Positions 17,942 to 25,756 of a DNA stretch of 64,000 bases are shown in pieces. Source of the DNA: Gammaproteobacteria bacterium (lineage in GTDB: Bacteria > Pseudomonadota > Gammaproteobacteria > Pseudomonadales > Pseudohongiellaceae). The first letter of the stretch is position 1; each line of letters opens with the position of its first letter. Location of the stretch: positions 30,192 to 94,191 of the forward strand of contig JABJIC010000021.1 in the NCBI GenBank assembly GCA_018661465.1. The letters are read 5' to 3'. The translations under genes were made by a program, and so were the position numbers. A model generated the notes under the pieces. That model worked only from the letters and a program-made list of their open reading frames with translations. It did no database searches and had not been told where the DNA came from.

Positions 17942-19918
17942 ATGAATCTAGCAGCCGCTTTCTTATACTTCTTCAATCGATCCATCTTGCACTCTTGCTC
18001 TCTCGCACTTGTATTGATCACTACCGCCATATTGACGCTGATTTCAATTCCAGCGAGCGGTGCTGAAGTCAATGTCCGCGCCAATCAACTTCCTATAAGC
18101 CTAGGCCCTTACCTGGACTATTTCGAAGACCCGGATCAAAACCTCAACATTCAAGACATCATAAATAATGAGCAGAGCTGGCAACGATCTAGCCAAGAAA
18201 TACCAACAATGGGGATGTCAGATTCAGCCTTCTGGTTCTCCCTAGTTCTTTCTGGAGAAGGCTTGTCTGATCTGGACTTGTTGCTAACGGTGAACGCACC
18301 AGTTCTCGATGAGTTAGAATTTTTCTTCATCCAAGACAATCGCGTGATATCGAGTTCAAGGGCTGGGGATTCTGTTCCTTTGTCAGAACAGCTCTACCGT
18401 TTTCGTATTCCAGCCATACCATTTGAAATATCCCTGGGTTCTGCTTCGACTACCGTATACATTCGCGCTGTCTCGGGCACTGGAGTGGAGCTTCCACTCA
18501 CTTTAACCACCTTCCGCGTATTCGCATCTGATCAACAGGCAATCATGATGTTCTATGGTGCAGCGTTAGCGCTCTTCGCTATTGGTTTAATTATTTGTGC
18601 CGCTCTCTACTTGGTTGCCAAGCAACAACAATTTGCTGGCGCAACGCTTTTTTTCGCCTCCATCATTCCGTTTATTCTTACCCAGAGTGGTTTAGGAAGA
18701 TTGTGGTTTTGGGGAGAGAATATCGAAATTAATTCAAGACTATCCCTAATCGCTACCTGTGGAGCATTCGCAAGTTTTTGCATCATAGGTCGCTCTATGA
18801 ATTTTGACAGTCAATATCGCGGCAGAGTAAATATTGTTTTACGCTTTATTTTTTATAGCTTGATTCCCTTTAGCTTGTATTTTCTGCTTATTCCTTATGA
18901 ATTTATTTCAGCCGAGAATGTGCAAATTCTAACTCTGCTTGGCCTGTCAATAGTGGTCATGGTTCTATGTATAGCTGGCATCACAGCAATTCAAGGGTCG
19001 AAGTCTGCGCTCTACTTGTTTTTGGCCTGGAATCTCATCATTATTGTCTTCCTGACATTTATTGCTTACAAATTCGCATGGATAGAACGAGCATCTTCCA
19101 TAAGTGTTATCGAGGAAGGCCTTATAGCGATGGCGGCTGTTTTAATACTGATGTCTGTAGCAGAATTCATACGAACGAAGAATGAGGAACTTGCTGGTGC
19201 TCATATGGCTACTAAAGCCAAGGGTGAGTTTCTAAGACATATCTCCCGTGAATTTCTAACACCGGTTCACCTTATCCTTTCCAATTCCAAACGCCTATTA
19301 GCCGCTCAGTCAAAGTCCCCAGACGACCCCACTCGCCAACATTTGTCTACCGTGATCAATCAGAGCAGCCATCTTCACAATCTAATCAATGATCTTTTAG
19401 AAATGGCAGAGCTAGAATCCGATAATTTTGAACCCGAGTTCGATTTACTTGAAATGTCAGCCTTTCTCAATGAAATCAAAAATTTGATGACCCCTTCAAT
19501 TTTGGAAAAAGGCCTGGAACTAAGCACCAAGTTCGCTACTGCTAATCTACTGGTACAGACTGACAAATCTCGTTTACAACACGTGCTAGTCAATCTAATC
19601 ACTAATGCGATTAAATATACCGACAAAGGTAATATACTCCTGGCTTATAAAGCTATCTATTTCCAGCGCAAGCTAGGTATAGAGATCTCTATTGAGGATA
19701 CTGGCAGGGGAATGAGTGAAGAATTTCAGCAACGTCTGTTTCAGGAATTTTCTCGCGAAGAAGACCTCGACGAAAAAGATCCACAGGGAACTGGCTTGGG
19801 TTTGGTAATCGTTAAGAGAATGATTGAAAAACTTGGCGGGGAAATAGATTTCGAGTCACAGAAAAATACCGGTAGCAAATTCTTTATAAGGCTGCCCCTG
19901 AGGGTTCACAAGGATTGA
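17942..19918 (+). CDS. 7TMR-DISM sensor kinase-like protein with degenerate H-box
   Basis: 658 aa. It has a signal/TM segment, an extracellular 7TMR-DISMED2-like domain, seven TM helices, a DHp domain and an intact HATPase_c domain (N-box NLITNAIKYT, G1 EDTGRGM, G2 GTGLGLVIVKRM). The H-box reads FLRHISREFLTPV where SHE(L/I)RTP is expected. Confidence 0.8.
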   Translation: MNLAAAFLYFFNRSILHSCSLALVLITTAILTLISIPASGAEVNVRANQLPISLGPYLDYFEDPDQNLNIQDIINNEQSWQRSSQEIPTMGMSDSAFWFSLVLSGEGLSDLDLLLTVNAPVLDELEFFFIQDNRVISSSRAGDSVPLSEQLYRFRIPAIPFEISLGSASTTVYIRAVSGTGVELPLTLTTFRVFASDQQAIMMFYGAALALFAIGLIICAALYLVAKQQQFAGATLFFASIIPFILTQSGLGRLWFWGENIEINSRLSLIATCGAFASFCIIGRSMNFDSQYRGRVNIVLRFIFYSLIPFSLYFLLIPYEFISAENVQILTLLGLSIVVMVLCIAGITAIQGSKSALYLFLAWNLIIIVFLTFIAYKFAWIERASSISVIEEGLIAMAAVLILMSVAEFIRTKNEELAGAHMATKAKGEFLRHISREFLTPVHLILSNSKRLLAAQSKSPDDPTRQHLSTVINQSSHLHNLINDLLEMAELESDNFEPEFDLLEMSAFLNEIKNLMTPSILEKGLELSTKFATANLLVQTDKSRLQHVLVNLITNAIKYTDKGNILLAYKAIYFQRKLGIEISIEDTGRGMSEEFQQRLFQEFSREEDLDEKDPQGTGLGLVIVKRMIEKLGGEIDFESQKNTGSKFFIRLPLRVHKD

Positions 19919-19925
19919 TTTTGTA

Positions 19926-20171
19926 TCAACCTACGTCTTTCTCTAACTGAAAAATTGTATCGCTAAAATCTTCAATCTTTCCTTCGAATGCGGATAGCGC
20001 ATCAGCCAGACCTTGATTGTAATAAAACTTTCCTAATTGATCGGAAAAAAAATCTAAAAGAAACTCTGCATCGAAGCTGCCTATTTCCTGATTCAGCTCC
20101 TCATCAAAATATTTCTGCACTTTAACTACGAGTTCTTTCTTCACTGAATCGTCTATTTTTACCTCAGACAA
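19926..20171 (-). CDS. DUF2164 domain protein
   Basis: 81 aa with a TTG start 2 nt after the upstream stop. The pattern QKYFDEELNQEIGSFDAEFLLDFF is typical of DUF2164. Confidence 0.6.
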   Translation of the reverse strand: MSEVKIDDSVKKELVVKVQKYFDEELNQEIGSFDAEFLLDFFSDQLGKFYYNQGLADALSAFEGKIEDFSDTIFQLEKDVG

Positions 20172-20173
20172 GA

Positions 20174-21010
20174 TTAAGCTCCCAATTGCTTCGCCAAGTC
20201 GAGGAAACTATCTGCCGTATAATCAAATTCACCATCCGGGTTTCGGTTTACTGGCCTGCCTGGTCCCCGCTCCAGCGGTCGAATTACATAAGCAGTTCGC
20301 AATCCAGCACGGGCCGCGCCTCTTAGGTCACCAGGATGCGCCGCTACCATCATTACCTGTTCTGGCGCCAGGCTGAGAAGGTCTGCCGCCTTAAGATAGG
20401 CTTCAGGGTCCGGCTTATAGTGACCCGACAATTCAGCCGACAGGATGGCGTCCCAAGGCATTCCTGCATTCTTTGCCATATTGGTTAGCAAGGATACATT
20501 GCCATTAGACAATGTGGTAATCACATACTTGGTCTTCAGACGATTGAGACCAGCAACAGTATCTGGCCAGGGGGACAGTCGATGCCAAGCTCGATTGAAG
20601 TCATCTAACTCCTTAGCAGTCATACCCTCGAGACCATATTCAATAACTAGATCGTCCAGAATCATTCGATGAAGATCATCGATCTTCATCCAGGGTAACT
20701 CTCCTGTTCTTACTTTATTCATCGCGGGACCATAGCCCGAGCGCCAGCGGTCAGCGAATTCAGCCCAATCAACATCGTAGCCTTTATTAGCAGCCAACAA
20801 CTGCCCTTCCCTAATAATTGACGCGCGCCAATCTACCACGGTACCGAATACATCGAAGGTTAAGGCTTTAACATTGTCAGCAACGGAAGAATTCGCCGCC
20901 AAAGAAATTCCTGGCAGCAGTGCTGTTGAAATAATGGAAGTACTCTGAAGGAACCGCCTGCGGCTGAGATTTGCATGTGCCGATGCGGATGCTGATTTGT
21001 GTTGCGTCAT
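20174..21010 (-). CDS. Haloacid dehalogenase type II (HAD superfamily) with twin-arginine signal
   Basis: 278 aa. The Tat motif is SRRRFLQS followed by a hydrophobic region and LAANS. The HAD motif I is FDVFGTVVDW, and the type II core includes LSNGN and KPDPEAY. Confidence 0.8.
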   Translation of the reverse strand: MTQHKSASASAHANLSRRRFLQSTSIISTALLPGISLAANSSVADNVKALTFDVFGTVVDWRASIIREGQLLAANKGYDVDWAEFADRWRSGYGPAMNKVRTGELPWMKIDDLHRMILDDLVIEYGLEGMTAKELDDFNRAWHRLSPWPDTVAGLNRLKTKYVITTLSNGNVSLLTNMAKNAGMPWDAILSAELSGHYKPDPEAYLKAADLLSLAPEQVMMVAAHPGDLRGAARAGLRTAYVIRPLERGPGRPVNRNPDGEFDYTADSFLDLAKQLGA

Positions 21011-21106
21011 GATATGACCCCTATCAAAAGCCTGTTAAGCCTAATAAACGGATCGTTCAAACTTAGCACAGTTACCCGTGAACATCATCCACAGGCATTC
21101 ACTTGC

Positions 21107-22447
21107 TTATTGGAAATAGACTACCAGAATGGCTACGGGACAGATGAATTTTACATAGAAAGGCCAGATTTTCCAGAATAGCCCGGACTCTGCATCGGGA
21201 CAGCCCTGTTTGATCTCCAGCAGAATATCATTCCTGCTCCAGATCCAACCTATAAAAATACAGAAGAAAAATCCAAGCAGTGGTTGGCTCACTTCGGTGG
21301 CATAAGTAACTACCAGATCGAATAGCGGATCGAAATTAAAAGTAATGATCAAGGAGATTATTGCTATTAAGGAACCGATAACTATCGCGGCCTTATGTCT
21401 CTCAACACCGTGGTTTTCCACGGTATAGGATACTGGCACCTCCAACATGGAAATCGAGGAAGTCACTGAAGCGATTGTCATTAAGGAGAAGAACGCCAAA
21501 GCTACTATGATTCCCATAAACCCCATATTGCTAAACAAAGAAGGTAATACAGAGACAATCAAGCCAGGGCCCGCGATTAAACCGCCAGCAGCATCATATA
21601 TTTCTACTCCATTGGCGAGAGCTACATACATCGCCGGCATAATTAACATGCCAGCGAGAACGGCGATTCCTACGTCCAGCAAAGCCACCATACTACCTAC
21701 CAGAGGCAGGTTTTCTTCCTTTCTGATATAGGAGCCGTAGACAAGCATTGTGCCCACACCCAGAGAGAGTGAGAAAAAAGCCTGCCCCATAGCATCAACT
21801 AGCAGTTGCGGTTCTGTGATCCGCGACCAATCGGGAACAAGATAAGCTCTCAAGCCATCCATAGCTCCAGCTAAAGTCATTACGTAAACAATCAGCAAGA
21901 GCAATATAATGATAAGTGAGGGCATGAGTCTTGAAGCCCATTTTTCAATACCGTTTTTCACCCCTGCACTGATAATGTAAATTGTCAAAATCATAAAGCC
22001 AATCAGAAAAATGGAATTACGAGTCACGGTATCTGTAGTTAACCATTGCGCTACTCCATCCATTCCTAACAGGCGAGCAATGGGGTCAAAGAAATATGCC
22101 ACAAACCACCCACTGACGATTGCATAGAAACTAAGTATAAAACTAACCGTTATCATCCCCGCAAAACCTAGGGCAACAGCCAACAATCTGCTTTTCTTTC
22201 CTGAGGAAATATATTTTAGAGCGGTAAGGGTATTAGACTTGGCATGACGTCCGATAATTAGCTCTGCCATTAATGCGGGATAGGCCAGCAAGAAAGTAAG
22301 AACTAGATAAGCAATCAAAAATGCTGCGCCTCCATTGGAGGCCGTATTGGTAGGGAAGCCCCAAATGTTTCCCAAGCCCACTGCGGAGCCTGAGGCTGCC
22401 ATTAAAAATCCAAATCTGGATGAAAATTCTCCGCGTGCAGCAGCCAT
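21107..22447 (-). CDS. Sodium-dependent transporter (neurotransmitter:sodium symporter / SNF family)
   Basis: 446 aa and polytopic. The NSS N-terminal signature is FSSRFGFLMAASGSAVGLGNIWGFP. Confidence 0.9.
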   Translation of the reverse strand: MAAARGEFSSRFGFLMAASGSAVGLGNIWGFPTNTASNGGAAFLIAYLVLTFLLAYPALMAELIIGRHAKSNTLTALKYISSGKKSRLLAVALGFAGMITVSFILSFYAIVSGWFVAYFFDPIARLLGMDGVAQWLTTDTVTRNSIFLIGFMILTIYIISAGVKNGIEKWASRLMPSLIIILLLLIVYVMTLAGAMDGLRAYLVPDWSRITEPQLLVDAMGQAFFSLSLGVGTMLVYGSYIRKEENLPLVGSMVALLDVGIAVLAGMLIMPAMYVALANGVEIYDAAGGLIAGPGLIVSVLPSLFSNMGFMGIIVALAFFSLMTIASVTSSISMLEVPVSYTVENHGVERHKAAIVIGSLIAIISLIITFNFDPLFDLVVTYATEVSQPLLGFFFCIFIGWIWSRNDILLEIKQGCPDAESGLFWKIWPFYVKFICPVAILVVYFQ

Positions 22448-22482
22448 TAGCTCTAAAGCTCCCTAATCTATTTTTAGATTTA

Positions 22483-23436
22483 TTATTGGTCGTAGGATTC
22501 GAGTGTAAACAATGACGCTTCCTGATCAGACAGAACTAATACCACGTTTGTAACCAGACTGACGGATCCATTGAGATTCACTTCAAGGCTGGGAATTCTC
22601 AAGCGTTGGTCCGCGGAAGAATAACTGGCAATACCATCAAAACTATCTCGTCTGGAAATGACAGATTCCAGGTTCGCTTTAAATACTACATTGTCGCCAG
22701 CGGCTATTTGATTGAAATTCATGCTAATGAGTTCAGAGCCACTGTCAACATCTACGGAGGTAATAAGTAGCCCGGTATTACTCTCAAATACATGAGGAGC
22801 AGAACTAAATCTTTCCATCACTTCGACATTAATCGTTACAAATCCCAGAGGAGTAAAGACGTCGGTGTAAAATGGCGCGTTTGGAACTAGGGATCCTGGA
22901 CTAAACCAGGGCAATTCATCAATGGCATCAACAATCGCCATTCCATCTCCTAGAACCTGCCCGAATACCGTAAACCCTTCGTTGTTCACATCCAGGTTCT
23001 CACTATTGTCAGCTATATTCACAAACCACTGATTGGTTGCGCTATTCGGGTCGCCCAGCAATTTTGCCATAGCAACTGTGCCGCGAGTATTGGACACATT
23101 AAATTCATTGGGTATGGGCGCGTCTGACGCGATTACTTCAAGATCACTGAAAGGCCGAAAGCGATAGGCTCCACCTTGAGCAACGAAGCCATCTACAACA
23201 CGGTGAAGAAAAGTCCCGTTGTAATCATTGCGATTCACATAGTTAAGGAAATTCTGAACTGTAATCGGTGCGATATCATCTAGCAGTTCTATTGAATAGT
23301 CACCCATACTGGTGCTCACACGAACTATAGTGCCAGCATAGCTCTGTGCTGAGAGGCTGCTTAGCGCTATTAGTACACAAGATATCGCGAATAATCTGAC
23401 GCTCTTTCGCTGGCGGCGTCGAAGTCCTACAATCAT
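22483..23436 (-). CDS. Secreted cyclophilin-type peptidyl-prolyl isomerase with uncharacterised C-terminal domain
   Basis: I use the ATG at 23436 (MIVGLRRRQRKSVRLFAISCVLIALSSLSAQSYAG is a signal peptide). The cyclophilin core reads FLNYV...FLHRVVDGFVAQGG...GTVAMAK...NSATNQWFVN. About 115 additional C-terminal residues have no motif I recognise. Confidence 0.8.
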   Translation of the reverse strand: MIVGLRRRQRKSVRLFAISCVLIALSSLSAQSYAGTIVRVSTSMGDYSIELLDDIAPITVQNFLNYVNRNDYNGTFLHRVVDGFVAQGGAYRFRPFSDLEVIASDAPIPNEFNVSNTRGTVAMAKLLGDPNSATNQWFVNIADNSENLDVNNEGFTVFGQVLGDGMAIVDAIDELPWFSPGSLVPNAPFYTDVFTPLGFVTINVEVMERFSSAPHVFESNTGLLITSVDVDSGSELISMNFNQIAAGDNVVFKANLESVISRRDSFDGIASYSSADQRLRIPSLEVNLNGSVSLVTNVVLVLSDQEASLFTLESYDQ

Positions 23437-23680
23437 GGAAACTCCAAATATGATGCACTTTATTGAGATAAGTATTTGACCGAAGGAGCATAGGTTAAGT
23501 TCCGGCATTATTCAACCGAGAAACCTCTCTTTCAGCAACATGAAATTGATCATATCCCACTGTTTCCACTGGAGATATTGGTCTGGAATATGATATAAAG
23601 TGCGACTTTTCCGCCAGGGTGAGGACTGCCCCCTGAGCCACTGAGCTTAAATACCTCTTATTCAGGCGAATACTGCTCCA

Positions 23681-25159
23681 ATGCAACAACAATCCCTATT
23701 AGACGACGACATCGAAACTGAAGCCAAAGAACCCACTAAACCCTACCTGGCGATTGGCGTGGACTACGGAACCAGTAATAGTGCCGCTGCGCTATTTGAT
23801 GGCGAATCTATCCGGCTAGTTCACCTGGAGGCTAATTCGGATGTAATGCCTTCTGCGACTTATATTGATAGGGATTTCAAAATCCAGACTGGCCAGAATG
23901 CGATTCACCACTACATAGAAAGCAATACTGGCCGAACAGTTGAGCTCAGCGCAGAAATTCTGGGAGAAGGAAGAACAACTACCGGTCAGACGGGAGACAA
24001 AGGTCTTCCTGAAGAAGCCAGCACTCAACTGATGTACGGTCAATCTTTTGTCGATGGCGGACAGCAAGGCAGACTCTTTCGTGGAATCAAACGCTTGTTG
24101 GGAAGTACCAGCACGCCGAGACTGATGGTGTTTGATCGCCCTTTCCGCTTGGTAGCTTTAATCACGCCATTGCTATTGCGCATTCGCAATACCGTACTCA
24201 AGCAATATCCTCAGTCAGATACCAACGGGCAATCATGCGACCATGCATGTATTGGGCATCCCGTGAACTTCGAAGGTAGTAGCAGGGACAAGAATCGAAA
24301 TGCCCTATCACTTCTCTCCGAAGCCTATGGCTACGCGGGGTTTAAGACACAAAGTTATTATCCCGAACCCATCGCAGCCGCTCTAAGCTATCTATATGAA
24401 AACCCCCAATCCGAAGAGCAAACTCTTCTGGCGGTAGATTTTGGAGGTGGAACCCTAGATCTCTGTATTATTCAAAGAGTAAACAAAGACTTTAAGGTCA
24501 TTGCTACTCATGGCATTGGACTTGGTGGCGATCACATCGATCAATTGCTATTTCGAGAATTACTTTTCCCACTCTTGGGCAAAGGGGAGAGATGGACGCG
24601 TACCGGGGAAGACATGGAAATCGAAACCTACTTCCCTTTTGAAGAGTACGAAGATCTCTTATTGAATTGGGCCATTAGTTATATGCTCAATCAAAACAAA
24701 TACACGACACCTCTCATGCAGAGAATCGGAGTTGGCGATGAGGCTTCTGAAAAATTTCAGAGACTCTACGATCTCATCAAAAACAATTACAGCTATCTGG
24801 TCTCCCAATCGCTTAAGGAGCTTAAAGCCGAGCTGTCACAAAAAAAAGTGGCTCTACTCGACATTCCTGAACTGGATATTGAATTAGAAGTTAGCAGAGA
24901 AAGATTCGAGGAAATAATTGCACCTCTTCTTCTGAAATTCAGCGACTCAATTGGCGAAGTGTTGAATAAATCAGGTATGAAGGCCAGTGAAATTCATCTT
25001 GTTATTAGAACAGGAGGTTCTTCGCTTATTCCTGCAGCGAAGAACATTCTCGATGCCCAATTTCCCGACAAGGTAATCGAACATGACCCCTTCACTAGCG
25101 TCGCGGCAGGGCTGGCGATTGCCGAATACTTAAATCTGGGAAGTTTGGAAATAAAATAA
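23681..25159 (+). CDS. Hsp70-family (actin-fold) ATPase lacking a canonical substrate-binding domain
   Basis: 492 aa. Phosphate-1 is GVDYGTSNSAAA, phosphate-2 is AVDFGGGTLDLCII and the adenosine motif is IRTGGSSLIPAAK. The length and C-terminus are too short for a DnaK-type SBD. Confidence 0.8.
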   Translation: MQQQSLLDDDIETEAKEPTKPYLAIGVDYGTSNSAAALFDGESIRLVHLEANSDVMPSATYIDRDFKIQTGQNAIHHYIESNTGRTVELSAEILGEGRTTTGQTGDKGLPEEASTQLMYGQSFVDGGQQGRLFRGIKRLLGSTSTPRLMVFDRPFRLVALITPLLLRIRNTVLKQYPQSDTNGQSCDHACIGHPVNFEGSSRDKNRNALSLLSEAYGYAGFKTQSYYPEPIAAALSYLYENPQSEEQTLLAVDFGGGTLDLCIIQRVNKDFKVIATHGIGLGGDHIDQLLFRELLFPLLGKGERWTRTGEDMEIETYFPFEEYEDLLLNWAISYMLNQNKYTTPLMQRIGVGDEASEKFQRLYDLIKNNYSYLVSQSLKELKAELSQKKVALLDIPELDIELEVSRERFEEIIAPLLLKFSDSIGEVLNKSGMKASEIHLVIRTGGSSLIPAAKNILDAQFPDKVIEHDPFTSVAAGLAIAEYLNLGSLEIK

Positions 25160-25189
25160 TCTGGATCAAGCAGGAAATAACAGATCCAG

Positions 25190-25756
25190 TTAGAGATCCA
25201 CTGAGAGTATGTCGACTTCACTCACGAATTCCAAGCTCTGAACCCTGCCCTCTTTCTCGACATTAACTAAATTGGTTTGATCAGGCCAGACATCTCGCAG
25301 GGTCATGTTAATCACATTCAATGATGCCAGATTATGAGGGTCAGCAACTTCCTGATAAACCCATACATATTGCCCATCAACTTCCGTTCCAACATAGGAA
25401 AGATTGAGCTCTTCAACACTTCCTTCTCTGTCAATTGCCTCAATCGCAAAGCGATTGATCACGTAACTGCTAAATAACTCGCGAGCATCTGCTGATTCCA
25501 ACATATTCTGGCTTTCACCGAAAACCACCCCTGCTGCGTGTTCTGCATCGTGCACAAAAAAACGATGCATAACTTCTATGCTGTCACTATTTGAATTGAA
25601 GAGTATGCGGGTAACAGCTGTTTTTTGTTGATGGGCTAGAACCTCAACAGAAAAACCAGCAACTGCGAAAGACAGGATCACCACGCAGACAGTGAATAAC
25701 TGCCTGTGTGGTAAAGCAATAAAGCTAATCCTAATTTTCTTCTTCAGACTCTTCAT
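25190..25756 (-). CDS. Membrane-anchored/secreted hypothetical protein (DUF6702-like)
   Basis: 188 aa with an N-terminal hydrophobic anchor. The following HQQKTAVTRILFNSNSDSIEVMHRFFVHDAEHA resembles the DUF6702 N-terminal pattern as I recall it. It overlaps the M1 peptidase 3' end by 26 nt. Confidence 0.5.
   Translation of the reverse strand: MKSLKKKIRISFIALPHRQLFTVCVVILSFAVAGFSVEVLAHQQKTAVTRILFNSNSDSIEVMHRFFVHDAEHAAGVVFGESQNMLESADARELFSSYVINRFAIEAIDREGSVEELNLSYVGTEVDGQYVWVYQEVADPHNLASLNVINMTLRDVWPDQTNLVNVEKEGRVQSLEFVSEVDILSVDL

Noticed and set aside
23495-23692. 65-aa minus-strand ORF in the cyclophilin / Hsp70-like divergent region, and similarly the 60-aa ORF at 45706-45888
   Set aside because: There is no SD, no motif and an odd composition, and each overlaps a neighbouring gene start or promoter region. 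They are probably spurious.
25161-25189. CTGGATC-N15-GATCCAG hairpin between the convergent Hsp70-like and DUF6702-like genes, considered as a bidirectional terminator
   Set aside because: There is no T-tract on either side and the loop is 15 nt, so it is too weak to call.
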